Assembly: GCA_017936565.1 (NCBI GenBank)
Contig: JAGBFG010000043.1
Location: forward strand, 91,993 to 155,992
Direction of reading: 5' to 3'
DNA from: Clostridia bacterium
GTDB taxonomy: Bacteria; Bacillota; Clostridia; Oscillospirales; CAG-272
Length of the DNA: 64,000 nucleotides
Under the pieces are notes generated by a model. That model was not told where the DNA came from. It did not search any database and saw nothing but the letters and a program-made list of their open reading frames with translations. A program made the translations under genes and the position numbers. Position 1 is the first letter of the stretch. Every line of letters begins with the position of its first letter. Positions 26,141 to 36,693 of the stretch are shown one piece after another.

Positions 26141-27277
26141 TCAATCCTGACTGCGAGAGGCAAGCAAATTTACGTTCGCGCGGTAGAAGGCTTCAAAGCA
26201 GCCCGCATCCAGAGCATCGCGGATTTTTTGCATCAATTCATTATAAAAATAAAGATTATGTAAAACGCAAAGCCGCATACCGAGCGCTTCTCTCGCCTTT
26301 AACAAATGACGAATGTAGGAGCGGCTGTAACGGCGGCAGGCGGGACATTTACAGTTGACGTCAATGGGGCGGGGGTCGGCAAAATACTTTTCGTTGTTCA
26401 GGTTGACCTTGCCGTGCCAGGTGAAAATGGTGCCGTGGCGCGCGTTGCGCGAGGGCATCACGCAGTCGAAAAAGTCAACGCCCCGATGCACAGCCTCTAA
26501 AATGTTTTGCGGCGTGCCAACGCCCATTAGATATCGCGGCTTGTTCTTGGGCATATGAGGCTCTACCGTTTCAATGATGTGATACATCACCTCTGCCTCT
26601 TCTCCCACCGCAAGACCGCCAATGGCATATCCGTCCAAATCCTCTTCGGCAATACGACACATATTCTCCACCCGCAAATCCTCGTAGGTGGAGCCTTGGT
26701 TGATGCCAAAGAGCATTTGATGGGGGTTGATGGTATCAGGAAGAGAATTTAATCTTGAAAGCTCCGCCTTGGAGCGCTTCAACCAGCGAATGGTTCTCTC
26801 GTGAGAATTTTTGGCGTATTCATAGGTGGCAGGATTTTCAACGCACTCGTCAAATGCCATCGCAATGGTGGACGCCAAATGGGATTGAATGCGCATAGAC
26901 TCCTCAGGACCCATAAAAATTCTTTTCCCGTCCATATGGGAGCTGAAATGCACGCCCTCTTCCGTGATTTTGCGCAAGGACGCCAAGGAAAACACCTGAA
27001 ATCCGCCGCTATCGGTCAGAATGGGCTTTTCCCAGCTGAAAAAGCGGTGAAGCCCGCCCATACGGTAAATCAACTCATCACCCGGGCGAATGTGTAAATG
27101 ATAGGTGTTGGAAAGCTCCACCTGGCAGCCAATCTCTTCGAGATCCTCAGTAGACACACCGCCCTTAATAGCGGCGCTCGTGCCCACGTTCATAAATACA
27201 GGGGTTTCAATGACGCCGTGCACCGTATGAAAGCGCCCGCGGCGGGCTTTTCCCTCTTGTTTTAGCAATTCAAACAT
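26141..27277 (-). CDS. tgt: Queuine tRNA-ribosyltransferase
   Basis: Typical Tgt sequence: FMNVGT, DSGGFQ, GLAVGE and the zinc motif CxC..C...H. Confidence 0.95.
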   Translation of the reverse strand: MFELLKQEGKARRGRFHTVHGVIETPVFMNVGTSAAIKGGVSTEDLEEIGCQVELSNTYHLHIRPGDELIYRMGGLHRFFSWEKPILTDSGGFQVFSLASLRKITEEGVHFSSHMDGKRIFMGPEESMRIQSHLASTIAMAFDECVENPATYEYAKNSHERTIRWLKRSKAELSRLNSLPDTINPHQMLFGINQGSTYEDLRVENMCRIAEEDLDGYAIGGLAVGEEAEVMYHIIETVEPHMPKNKPRYLMGVGTPQNILEAVHRGVDFFDCVMPSRNARHGTIFTWHGKVNLNNEKYFADPRPIDVNCKCPACRRYSRSYIRHLLKAREALGMRLCVLHNLYFYNELMQKIRDALDAGCFEAFYRANVNLLASRSQD

Positions 27278-27306
27278 TCTTATACGCGTTCCTTTTCAGA
27301 AATTCT

Positions 27307-29280
27307 TTATTTCAGCCTTTCAAACCGACGATCTATTTCCTTCTTGGTCAGTACAAAGGCAATCGGGCGCCCGTGAGGGCAAACGGTAATATCGGGCATA
27401 GCCAAAACCGCCTCAACCAGCCATTTCAAATGGCTTTCATCGTATTTTCTGCCGCCCTTGATAGCCGCCTTGCAAGCAATCTGGTATAGCATTTTCTCCC
27501 GCCGCATCTCTTCCGAAAGAGAGGGGTCAGCAGAAGACTCCTGCAATGAGAAGCACATAGAAACAAACAGCCCCTCTGCATCCGAGGGCTTCACGTCAAC
27601 GGGAATACCCGTCAGGACCGCTCTTCCTTCCATAAAGCGACAGGAAAAGCCCAGATGCGCAAATTCCGCTTGATACTCCTTTGCCGTTGCCAGCTCCTCG
27701 GGCGACAGCGCCAAGGAAAGAGGAATGAGAAGCTCTTGCTCGGCAATGCCCTTGTCCTTCTGTCTTTTGCGCTTCAATTCTTCAAAAAGAATACGCTCGT
27801 GAGCGGCGTGCTGGTCAATAATGAGTGAGGTGCCGCCTTCCAGCTCCACCAAAATATAGCAGTCAAACAGCTGCCCCGCCAAGCGATAAGGAGGCAAAGA
27901 GGGAGCTTGCTCCTCGGCGCTGATTGGCTCACTTGCTCCTGTTTTTTCGCCCACGGGCGCTTCCTTTGCCGCTATCTCGTTCTGCGCCGCGCTTGGACGG
28001 TAGCCGCTTGGCGTTTGCAGAACACCGGCTGTCCGTTCTAACACGGTCAAGGACTCCTTGGGCGTTAAGGCAGGATTTGCAACAGGCGCGCGAGCCGTCG
28101 CTTCCTTGCTTGAATGGGTAGACGTAGCGCCTGTGTAAACAGAGGTTGTCTTCTCCCCCTGCGGCGCGTACAAGGAAGCGGAAGAAGGAGCGGTGTCAAG
28201 GCGAACCTGCTCTCCCTTGTCCCCCTCGGCAAACCGCTTGGTCAAGCGGTCTCTTTCAGCCTGCTTGGAAAGCGTTAAGGTAGGGCGCTGGGTAGACTCG
28301 GTCAAGGCGTTACGCAGGGCGTAATACACCGCTTCAAACACGGTTCTTTCGTCAGAAAACTTTACCTCTAATTTGGCAGGATGAACGTTGACGTCCACCG
28401 CGTTTGGCAAAACGGTGATAAACAAGGCGCAAACGGGGAATTTTTCAGGCGCCATATAAGAGGTATAGGCGCGTTCAATGGCGGCTGCCGCCGTTTTGCT
28501 GTGAACGTACCTGCCGTTGACAAAAACGTGCTGGTAAGAGCGGCTGCTTCTGGCGTTATCGGGAAGTCCCGTATAGCCCCAAACCGTTACCGCGCCAACC
28601 GTCGCCTCTGCTTTGATAAGGCGAGAGGCAAACTCTCTGCCGTACAGGGCGTAAAGCGTATGTAAAAGGTCGCCGTCTCCCGCCGTGGAAAAGCGGGTGC
28701 GCCCGTCTGCTATAAACGAAAAGGCAATATCGGGACGGGAAAGGGCAATTCTCTCTGCCAAGGCGGCAACCGCTTGGGTTTCCGTCGCATCCTTTTTCAA
28801 AAATTTTCGGCGGGCAGGTACGTTGTCAAACAAATTCTCAACTGTCACCGTTGTGCCGTTGGCACACCCCACCTCTGTGACCTCTTCCACCGTTCCCGCA
28901 TTGGCGCTTAACATATAACCAACCTCAGCGGATGAGACCTTGGTGATAATTCTCAAACGGGAGACCGCCGCGATGGCTGCCAAGGCTTCTCCGCGGAAGC
29001 CGAGCGTCACAATGGCTTCCAAATCCTCGGAATTGCTGATTTTGCTCGTGGCGTGACGCCGTATGGCAACAGGCAAATCTTCTTTTTCAATGCCACAACC
29101 GTTATCCGCCACGCGAATGAGCGAAACACCGCCGTTTTTAATTTCAAGCGTTATCTGTGTTGCCCCCGCGTCAATGGCGTTTTCAAGCAGCTCCTTGGCA
29201 ACGGAAGAGGGTCTGTCCACAACCTCGCCCGCCGCAATTAAATTGGCAACCTCAAAGCTCAACTGATTGATTTTTGCCAT
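27307..29280 (-). CDS. mutL: DNA mismatch repair endonuclease MutL
   Basis: GHKL ATPase N-terminus (IAAGEVV.RP.SV.KEL.ENA.DAG) and a C-terminal dimerisation/endonuclease domain with DQHAAHERI. Confidence 0.95.
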   Translation of the reverse strand: MAKINQLSFEVANLIAAGEVVDRPSSVAKELLENAIDAGATQITLEIKNGGVSLIRVADNGCGIEKEDLPVAIRRHATSKISNSEDLEAIVTLGFRGEALAAIAAVSRLRIITKVSSAEVGYMLSANAGTVEEVTEVGCANGTTVTVENLFDNVPARRKFLKKDATETQAVAALAERIALSRPDIAFSFIADGRTRFSTAGDGDLLHTLYALYGREFASRLIKAEATVGAVTVWGYTGLPDNARSSRSYQHVFVNGRYVHSKTAAAAIERAYTSYMAPEKFPVCALFITVLPNAVDVNVHPAKLEVKFSDERTVFEAVYYALRNALTESTQRPTLTLSKQAERDRLTKRFAEGDKGEQVRLDTAPSSASLYAPQGEKTTSVYTGATSTHSSKEATARAPVANPALTPKESLTVLERTAGVLQTPSGYRPSAAQNEIAAKEAPVGEKTGASEPISAEEQAPSLPPYRLAGQLFDCYILVELEGGTSLIIDQHAAHERILFEELKRKRQKDKGIAEQELLIPLSLALSPEELATAKEYQAEFAHLGFSCRFMEGRAVLTGIPVDVKPSDAEGLFVSMCFSLQESSADPSLSEEMRREKMLYQIACKAAIKGGRKYDESHLKWLVEAVLAMPDITVCPHGRPIAFVLTKKEIDRRFERLK

Positions 29281-29319
29281 ACCGACTCTCTCCCTTCGTG
29301 CAATAATGTAAACAAACGT

Positions 29320-31950
29320 TTACCCGTTTAGCATTTTCTTTAATTCATACAGCAAATTCATCGCCTCAATGGGCGTTAAGACGTTTACGTCCGTCTCTCT
29401 TAATTTGGCGGCTACCGCCTCGGCTTCCGTGCTTTCCAAGATGGACAAAAGGTCTTCCTCTTGCGCCACGGGGGTTTTTGAGGAAAGCAGGACGGGGGCT
29501 TGCTTTCCCTCTTCAACGGATTGCAAAATTTTTTTAGCGCGGGTGATGACCTCTTGCGGAACGCCCGCAAGCTTTGCCACCTCAATGCCGTAGCTGTCGT
29601 CTGTACCGCCACGGACAATTTTACGCAAGAACACAATACCGTCTGCCTTTTTCTTGGCGGCGATGTTATAATTGACAACGCCCTCAAGCTCGTTTTCCAT
29701 TACCGTCAATTCGTGGTAATGGGTGGCAAAGAGCGCCTTCGCACCTATTTTTTTGCTCAGCGTATATTCCGCCACCGCACGGGCGATGGACATACCGTCA
29801 TAGGTAGAGGTTCCTCTGCCTATCTCGTCATAAACGATTAAGGAGCGCGAGGTGGCGTTTTGCAGAATGTGCGCAACCTCGGTCATTTCAAGCATAAAGG
29901 TGGACTGACCCGATGCCAAATCGTCCGACGCGCCAACACGGGTGAACACCTTGTCCACAATCCCAAGAGATGCCGAAGCGGCAGGAACAAAGGAACCGAT
30001 TTGCGCCAAAATCACAATCAGAGCCACTTGGCGCATATAAGTGGATTTACCTGCCATATTCGGTCCTGTAATCAGCATCAGACGGTTTTCCTTCCCGTCA
30101 AGCAGGGTGTCGTTTGGAACAAAATAACTGTCCTTGACAAACTTTTCCACAACGGGGTGTCTGCCATCCTTAATCACGATGCTGCCCTCTTGGGTAACCG
30201 TAGGACAGACATAATGATTTTGCACCGCAACCTCGGCAAGAGAGGCATATACGTCTATTTCCGCCACGGCGGCAGCCGTTTTCTGTATTCTTGCCGCGGC
30301 AGAGGCGACCCTCTCGCGAATCTCGTTGAACAAGGAAAACTCCAAGGCGCAAAGCTTGTCCTGCGCGCCAAGAATGGTGGACTCCATTTCCTTTAACTCT
30401 TGGGTAATATACCTCTCACAGTTGGTCAGGGTCTGCTTGCGAATATAACGGTCAGGCACCTGAGAAGCGGCGAGCTTTGATACCTCTATGTAATAGCCAA
30501 ACACCTGGTTATAGCCGACCTTCAAGGTCTTGATACCGCTGGCTTCCTTCTCTCGCGCCTCTATTTCATCCTTCCAGCCCGAAGCGTTGCTGAAAATAGC
30601 GCGCAGATAGTCCACATCCTCGTTATATCCCTTGCGTATCATACCGCCCTCACGGACCGTGAAGGGGGGATTTTCCTCAATGGATGTGTCAATTAAGGTA
30701 TAGATATCCTCTAATGTATCCAAATCCTTGGCAAAGCCCTGCATTTTTGCCCCGTCAAGAGAGGAAAGGGCAGCCTTTAAGGCAGGCAGGGGCGCAATGC
30801 TTTGGGCAATAGCGCGCAGGTCCTTTGCCGTTGCCGTTCCGTAAACCACCTTTGCGGTCAGACGCTCAATATCCATCACGCCTGTTAGAACAGAACGGAC
30901 CTCTTCTCTGGCAATAAAGCGAGCGGCAAAGGCATTGACCGCTTCTTCTCTTGTCAAAATAGCGGAAACGGAAAGCAAGGGCTTTAACACCCAAGAACGC
31001 AGGGTTCTTGCGCCCATAGGCGTTTTGGTTTGGTCCAAAACCCAAAGCAACGAGCCCTTCTTGTCCTTGTTACGCATCGTTTCCACCAATTCGAGATTAC
31101 GACGGGTGTTGTAATCCAATTCCATATACTGCTCGCCGCTGTATACGGAAAGGGCGCTGACAAAGGAAGGAGCGCATTTCTGCGTTTCGCGGATATATGC
31201 CAAAAGCGCGCCCACCGCCGAAAGGGATGCTTTCTCGGTAAGGTCGTCCGCCTTGTGTCCAAGATGCTCCGAAACCAATGCCCTTGCCTGCTTTTCGTCA
31301 AACAGCTCTTCCCGCTTGTCCGTTAAAACAGAGTGGCAAAATTCCTTGGCAAAAAGCCCCGTCTCCCCTGTTTTCGAGGCGGGTATGTTTAATAAAATTT
31401 CACTGGGGCAATAGGTGAACAGCTCCGTTTTCAAGCGCGCCGCGATGTCCGCTCCCGAAAGCTCCGTGACAAAAATCTGCCCTGTGGAAATATCCGCAAA
31501 GGCAACGCCGACGGACGAGGGCGTATAACAAAGAGCGGCAAGAAAGTTGTTGCTCTTATCGTTGAGAAGGCTGCCATCGGTGACAGTACCGGGCGTTACC
31601 ACGCGGACAACCTCGCGCCGTACCAAGCCCTTTGCCTCGGCGGGATTTTCCGTCTGCTCGCAAACCGCAACCTTGTACCCCTTCTCCACCAATTTTCCTA
31701 TGTAAAGATCTGCCTTATGAAAGGGAACGCCGCACATAGCAGCCCGCTTGCCTTCTCCGCAATCCCGGCTTGTCAGGGTCAGCTCCAATACCTGGGATGC
31801 TATAAGCGCGTCCTCAAAAAAGCACTCAAAAAAATCCCCCAGGCGATACATCAGGATAAAATCCTCGTATGTTTCCTTGATGACAAAATACTGCGCCATC
31901 ATGGGAGAAGGAGAAAGCAGGTCCTTTCTCCTTTGAATTACGTCATTCAT
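29320..31950 (-). CDS. mutS: DNA mismatch repair protein MutS
   Basis: 876 aa. Mismatch-binding N-terminus (GDFFE), Walker A GPNMAGKST and a C-terminal clamp region. Directly upstream of mutL. Confidence 0.95.
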   Translation of the reverse strand: MNDVIQRRKDLLSPSPMMAQYFVIKETYEDFILMYRLGDFFECFFEDALIASQVLELTLTSRDCGEGKRAAMCGVPFHKADLYIGKLVEKGYKVAVCEQTENPAEAKGLVRREVVRVVTPGTVTDGSLLNDKSNNFLAALCYTPSSVGVAFADISTGQIFVTELSGADIAARLKTELFTYCPSEILLNIPASKTGETGLFAKEFCHSVLTDKREELFDEKQARALVSEHLGHKADDLTEKASLSAVGALLAYIRETQKCAPSFVSALSVYSGEQYMELDYNTRRNLELVETMRNKDKKGSLLWVLDQTKTPMGARTLRSWVLKPLLSVSAILTREEAVNAFAARFIAREEVRSVLTGVMDIERLTAKVVYGTATAKDLRAIAQSIAPLPALKAALSSLDGAKMQGFAKDLDTLEDIYTLIDTSIEENPPFTVREGGMIRKGYNEDVDYLRAIFSNASGWKDEIEAREKEASGIKTLKVGYNQVFGYYIEVSKLAASQVPDRYIRKQTLTNCERYITQELKEMESTILGAQDKLCALEFSLFNEIRERVASAAARIQKTAAAVAEIDVYASLAEVAVQNHYVCPTVTQEGSIVIKDGRHPVVEKFVKDSYFVPNDTLLDGKENRLMLITGPNMAGKSTYMRQVALIVILAQIGSFVPAASASLGIVDKVFTRVGASDDLASGQSTFMLEMTEVAHILQNATSRSLIVYDEIGRGTSTYDGMSIARAVAEYTLSKKIGAKALFATHYHELTVMENELEGVVNYNIAAKKKADGIVFLRKIVRGGTDDSYGIEVAKLAGVPQEVITRAKKILQSVEEGKQAPVLLSSKTPVAQEEDLLSILESTEAEAVAAKLRETDVNVLTPIEAMNLLYELKKMLNG

Positions 31951-31977
31951 CGGTCCTTACCTTACCCTTATGATTGT

Positions 31978-32379
31978 TTATTGTTTGGAAGCGCAGCCCG
32001 AGGAGCAGGTCGAGCAGTCGTGTGTGCAGGGGCGCTCTCCAAAGGCATAAAAATTGATGTCGGAGTTCACCTGCTGCATCAAGGCGGAAACGCCCTCTTG
32101 GGTCTGGTTATACAGAATATAGCTGCTCGATTCGGTAACCGTCAGATAAAGCTCATCAATTCTCGTTTGCAAGGTGGCGATAAGCTCTTGGCTCTGGGAG
32201 TCAGCATCCTTGGCAAACTCCTGTCCCAAAAGCATTCTTTGCACGTTATATTCACGGATAGCGGACTGCAAATCGGCATCCTCTTCAAACGCTTTTTTGG
32301 CGGCGTTAAACGCCTTTACAGCCTCGTCATTGGCGATGGCTTCGCCAAGGAGCTTGGCGCATTCTGCAACTGTTTTCAT
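31978..32379 (-). CDS. ricA: YmcA/YlbF-family (RicA-like) regulator
   Basis: Helical YmcA/YlbF-type protein located between miaB and mutS, the same synteny as B. subtilis ymcB-ymcA. It has a Cys-rich C-terminal tail, CTHDCSTCSSGC. Confidence 0.65.
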   Translation of the reverse strand: MKTVAECAKLLGEAIANDEAVKAFNAAKKAFEEDADLQSAIREYNVQRMLLGQEFAKDADSQSQELIATLQTRIDELYLTVTESSSYILYNQTQEGVSALMQQVNSDINFYAFGERPCTHDCSTCSSGCASKQ

Positions 32380-32462
32380 TGAATTTCCACACTTTCTGTC
32401 GTTTTGTTTTTATTGTGTCGTCTTTTTTTGCCTTTATTCTGTTTGTAAACTTACCTTTACAT

Positions 32463-33896
32463 TTATTTCACAATGGAGCCGAAAAGCTCAAAGGTGGCGG
32501 CTCTTTCAATATGTACCGTCACAAACTGCCCGATGTCATCGCGCGTTGCCCTGAGGTGAACGAGCTTGCCCCCGTCCGTCCTGCCGCTGTATATTTCAGG
32601 GTCGTTTTTGGACAGACAGTCTACAAGCACGCGCACAGCTCTTCCCTCATAGAGCATATTTTTTTCTTTGCCGATGTCGTTTTGCAGGGCAACAAGGCGC
32701 GCGAAGCGCTCGCTTTGAATGTGGGGCGGCACCTGCTCTTCCATTTTAGCAGCAGGCGTTCCCTTTCTCGGAGAATAGATAAAGGAAAAGACGCTGTCAA
32801 ACTCCACCTGCCGTACAACAGAAAGGGTTTCCTCAAAATCCTCTTCCGTTTCACCGGGGAAACCGACAATAATGTCGCTGGTTAAGACAATATCAGGCTT
32901 GGCTTGCTTCAAAGCAGATGCCACCGATAAATACCGCTTTTTGTCGTAATGGCGGTTCATTTCCTTCAATATGCGGTCACTGCCCGACTGCAAGGGCAGG
33001 TGAAAATGCGGCTCGATGTGCTTGCCCTTGGCAACAACCTCAATCAAGCGAGAGGAAACGTCCTTGGGATGACTGGTCATAAAGCGCAAAATAAATTCGC
33101 CCTCAAGCCCGTCAAGCTCTTCAAGAAGCGTGGGAAAATCAACGTCGCTTTTATAGGAGTTGACGTTTTGTCCAAGCAAGGTAATTTCCTTCGCGCCGCC
33201 GGCAAGCAGCGCCTTCACCTCATTTACGATGGAAGCGCGCGCGCGGCTTCTCTCTCTGCCTCTGACGTACGGCACAATGCAGTAGGAGCAAAAATTATTG
33301 CATCCGTACATAATGCTCACCCACGCTCTGTGGGGTACGGTTCGGGCAATCGGCAAGCCTTCCAAGGCATCGCTCTGCTCATTCAGCAGAAAATAGCGGT
33401 GCCTGCAACGCAGAACAGCGTCAAGAAGCGCGGGAATACGGCCAATAGCGGATGGCGGGGTGGTGAAATCCACATAAGGATAGCGGTGCTTTAATTCGTC
33501 AACCCGATGCTCTTCTGCCGTCATACAACCGCAAACACCGATAATCAGAGAGGGGTTTTTCGTTTTGATATGCTTATAGCGACCAATGGTGGATAGCGCC
33601 TTCAATTCCGCATGCTGACGGATGGCACAGGTGTTGACCAAAATCAAATCGCTTTCCTCGGGCGTTTTGGCTCTGCCATATCCCATCGCGTCGCAAAGTC
33701 CGCGCATTTTCTCGCTGTCCGCCTCGTTTTGCTGACAGCCAAAGGTCACGATAAAGGCAAGAGGGCATTTCCCCTCTTCTCTTTTTTTATTGTTGTGCAA
33801 AAGAACCGCCTCGATGGCTTCCTTTTGGTCCTTGCTTGGCAGCTGTACCATACTCTCTTCTTTCTTCTCTTTTTGTTTTTTTGCTTTTTGCGCCAC
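32463..33896 (-). CDS. miaB: tRNA (i6A37) methylthiotransferase MiaB
   Basis: UPF0004 N-domain (TFGCQQNEADSE), radical-SAM CNNFCSYCIVP and a TRAM C-terminus. The GTG at 33896 lies only about 10 nt from the predicted TSS, so the ATG at 33851 is a plausible alternative start. Confidence 0.9.
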   Translation of the reverse strand: MAQKAKKQKEKKEESMVQLPSKDQKEAIEAVLLHNNKKREEGKCPLAFIVTFGCQQNEADSEKMRGLCDAMGYGRAKTPEESDLILVNTCAIRQHAELKALSTIGRYKHIKTKNPSLIIGVCGCMTAEEHRVDELKHRYPYVDFTTPPSAIGRIPALLDAVLRCRHRYFLLNEQSDALEGLPIARTVPHRAWVSIMYGCNNFCSYCIVPYVRGRERSRARASIVNEVKALLAGGAKEITLLGQNVNSYKSDVDFPTLLEELDGLEGEFILRFMTSHPKDVSSRLIEVVAKGKHIEPHFHLPLQSGSDRILKEMNRHYDKKRYLSVASALKQAKPDIVLTSDIIVGFPGETEEDFEETLSVVRQVEFDSVFSFIYSPRKGTPAAKMEEQVPPHIQSERFARLVALQNDIGKEKNMLYEGRAVRVLVDCLSKNDPEIYSGRTDGGKLVHLRATRDDIGQFVTVHIERAATFELFGSIVK

Positions 33897-33912
33897 GTTT
33901 CGTTATTATAAT

Positions 33913-33941
33913 ATTATACCACAATTCCTTTTTTATGTAAA
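33913..33941 (-). promoter_or_regulatory. Sigma-A-type promoter for the miaB-ricA-mutSL-tgt gene string
   Basis: On the minus strand: TTTACA, 17 nt, TGgTATAAT. Confidence 0.6.
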
Positions 33942-34036
33942 GGCTTTTTACGAAAATCTTTCACTTCCGACGCTTGCCGCCAAAGCGATTTTTTCGTCTT
34001 TGTCCTCTCTTTTCGCAGCTGATTGGATAGGAAAAT

Positions 34037-34378
34037 TTATTCGTTTGTCGGCGCTTGGTTTTTTACCGCCCACTGTGCGAGCTGAACGAGAATAGGCGTA
34101 AGCTCCTTTGCCTTATCGGTGACCTCATATTCCACGCGAATGGGAACCTCTAAATATTCCGAGCGGCGAACAAGCCCGTCCCCCTCAAGCTCCTGCAAGG
34201 ATCTGGCAAGCATTGTGTTGGAGATGCCCTTGATTTTGCGTAAAAGCTCATTGTAGCGAACAGTTCCGTCCACACTCAAGGAACACAAGATAGCGAGCTT
34301 CCATTTTCCCCCTATCATTTCCATCGCGCGTTGCAGCGGACACGCATGGGTGCAGGGACAGTTATGACTGATAGACAT
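34037..34378 (-). CDS. HxlR-family winged-helix transcriptional regulator
   Basis: CP...A...IGGKWK..IL....G..R.NEL.R.I.GIS...L...L..LE.DGLV.R pattern. 113 aa. Confidence 0.85.
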   Translation of the reverse strand: MSISHNCPCTHACPLQRAMEMIGGKWKLAILCSLSVDGTVRYNELLRKIKGISNTMLARSLQELEGDGLVRRSEYLEVPIRVEYEVTDKAKELTPILVQLAQWAVKNQAPTNE

Positions 34379-34673
34379 ATTTACAACCCATCCTTTCTTT
34401 TTGTGCTTCGGACGGCTTTGCTTCGCAAGTGCACCCTATAAAGGGGACGGTGCGAAAAGACGCTTAAAAATGAATATCAAGTCCGTCTGCGCCCAACTCA
34501 CATTTTTCTTATTTACTCTTGATAAATTACATAATTGACACGCTAACTTATCTGCATTCTAATTATAGCAGATAACAAAAGTAAAGTAAAGAGTTTTTTG
34601 TGATTTATGGCATTTTTTGAAAAATCTGCTTTTGCCGGGCATCCGTCAGGCAGAGGCGAAAAATTTGCAAAAA

Positions 34674-34710
34674 GAAAAATACGAGAAGCACCAACGCTCT
34701 CGTATTTTTT
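34674..34710. terminator. Bidirectional intrinsic terminator (3' of the LOG gene)
   Basis: Stem atacgaga/tctcgtat with an 11-nt loop, an A-run on the left and a T-run on the right. Confidence 0.65.
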
Positions 34711-34753
34711 GCCTTTACAAAGGCTTTTGAAATTTTGCAAATATGAGGACACA

Positions 34754-35329
34754 TCAGAACTTTTTGTAATCTGAAATATCCCCTTGGGGCGCGTCGTATT
34801 CCTCAATATAGCGCACGACCTCTTCGGCATCCGTTAAAATGGTATAGAGCGTCAGAGCCCCTTCCTTGACAAAGCCCTTTTCTACCGACTCATCAAGCAT
34901 CTGCAAAAGGCTGTCATAATAGCCTGCCACGTTAAAAATAACGATGGGCTTGTTGTGTCTGCCAAGCTGCTTCAAGGTCAGAATTTCAAAGAACTCGTCA
35001 AAGGTGCCAATACCGCCGGGGGCAATGACAAAGCCATCGGACTTTCCGTCCAAATACCCCTTGCGCTCACGCATCGTTTCGGTGGGGATAAATTCTGTGC
35101 AATCAGGGAAAAGCACGCCATCCACGTTGAAAAACGTGGGCGCGATACCGATAATCTTGCCGCCTTTTCTCTTCGCGCCACGGGCAGAAGCGCCCATGCA
35201 GCCGTTGGCACCGCCGCCGAAAACCAAGCCGTGACCTCTTTCGGCGATAATCTCGCCTAATCTTTCAACCTCTTTCAAATAAATGCTGTCAATAGCATTG
35301 CTGGATGCGCCGTATACACAAATATTCAT
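34754..35329 (-). CDS. LOG-family nucleotide 5'-monophosphate nucleosidase (TIGR00730)
   Basis: Motifs GGG..G.MG and PGG.GT.DE..E. 191 aa. Confidence 0.85.
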   Translation of the reverse strand: MNICVYGASSNAIDSIYLKEVERLGEIIAERGHGLVFGGGANGCMGASARGAKRKGGKIIGIAPTFFNVDGVLFPDCTEFIPTETMRERKGYLDGKSDGFVIAPGGIGTFDEFFEILTLKQLGRHNKPIVIFNVAGYYDSLLQMLDESVEKGFVKEGALTLYTILTDAEEVVRYIEEYDAPQGDISDYKKF

Positions 35330-35366
35330 ATAAGCTTCCTTTCTTTCCGTTTTGATAAAACGGGCG

Positions 35367-36653
35367 TTATTTTTTGGGTGTAAGCACCTCAGCGCCGCCC
35401 ATATAAGGACGAAGGGCGACAGGAATTTTCACAGAGCCGTCTTCACAAAGATTATTCTCCAAAAACGCGATAAGCATACGGGGGGGCGCTACCACGGTGT
35501 TATTCAGCGTGTGCGCCAGATAGTTGCCGGTTTCTCCCTTGACGCGAATGCGAAGCCGTCTTGCCTGCGCGTCGCCAAGATTGGAGCAGCTGCCCACCTC
35601 AAAATATTTCTTCTGACGGGGAGACCAAGCCTCAACGTCAATGGATTTCACCTTCAAGTCCGCCAGGTCGCCCGAGCAGCATTCAAGGGTGCGAACAGGA
35701 ATATCCAAGGAGCGGAACAGATCCACGGTATTTTGCCAGAGCTTTTCAAACCACATCGGAGATTCCTCAGGCTTGCAAACCACAATCATTTCCTGCTTTT
35801 CAAACTGGTGAATGCGGTAAACGCCTCTTTCCTCAATACCGTGAGCGCCCTTTTCCTTGCGGAAGCAGGGAGAATAGCTGGTCAAGGTATAAGGAAGCTC
35901 AGCCTCAGGAACGATCTGGTCGATAAATTTACCGATCATAGAATGCTCGGACGTGCCAATGAGATACAAGTCCTCGCCCTCGATTTTGTACATCATCGCG
36001 TCCATTTCCGCAAAGGACATAACGCCCGTTACCACGTCAGCGCGAATCATAAAGGGGGGAATGCAATAGGTGAAGCCGCGCCCAATCATAAAGTCACGGG
36101 CGTAGGAAATGACAGCGGAATGCAGGCGGGCAATATCGCCCATCAGGTAGTAAAAGCCGTTTCCTGCCACGCGGCGTGCCGCGTCCAAATCAATGCCCGC
36201 AAAGCGCTCCATAATATCGGTGTGGTAGGGCACCTCGAACGCGGGCACGACAGGCTCGCCGTAGCGCTCAACCTCTACGTTTTCCGAATCGTCCTTGCCC
36301 ACGGGAACAGACGGGTCAATGATGTTGGGAAGGGTCATCATAATTTTCTTGATGCTTGCCTCTAATTCCTCGCATTTTTCCTCAATCTCGGCAAGACGGG
36401 CAGCGTCTGCCGCGACCTTTGCCTTGACTGCCTCAGCCTCTTCCTTCTTGCCTTGACCCATCAGAGCGCCGATCTGCTTGGAGAGCTTGTTGCGGTTAGC
36501 ACGAAGCGCATCCCCCTCTTGCTTCAAGGCGCGAAAGGAAGCGTCAAGCGCAATGACCTCATCCACCAAGGGAAGCTTTGCGTCCTGAAATTTCTTTTTG
36601 ATATTTTCCTTTACCGCGTCGGGATTTTCTCTGACGAAACGAATGTCTAACAT
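35367..36653 (-). CDS. serS: Serine--tRNA ligase
   Basis: N-terminal coiled-coil arm plus a class II core (FRKE, GTSEH, ...NNT). Preceded by a T-box leader. Confidence 0.95.
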   Translation of the reverse strand: MLDIRFVRENPDAVKENIKKKFQDAKLPLVDEVIALDASFRALKQEGDALRANRNKLSKQIGALMGQGKKEEAEAVKAKVAADAARLAEIEEKCEELEASIKKIMMTLPNIIDPSVPVGKDDSENVEVERYGEPVVPAFEVPYHTDIMERFAGIDLDAARRVAGNGFYYLMGDIARLHSAVISYARDFMIGRGFTYCIPPFMIRADVVTGVMSFAEMDAMMYKIEGEDLYLIGTSEHSMIGKFIDQIVPEAELPYTLTSYSPCFRKEKGAHGIEERGVYRIHQFEKQEMIVVCKPEESPMWFEKLWQNTVDLFRSLDIPVRTLECCSGDLADLKVKSIDVEAWSPRQKKYFEVGSCSNLGDAQARRLRIRVKGETGNYLAHTLNNTVVAPPRMLIAFLENNLCEDGSVKIPVALRPYMGGAEVLTPKK

Positions 36654-36693
36654 AATTGACCGTCCTTTTCTTTGTAAAAATGTAAAAATAAAT

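Noticed and set aside
34543-34830. A 95-aa minus-strand ORF in the hxlR-LOG spacer, and a 56-codon + strand ORF starting at 34607.
   Set aside because: One overlaps the LOG gene 3' end and the other runs through a terminator hairpin. Neither has an SD and both have non-protein-like composition.
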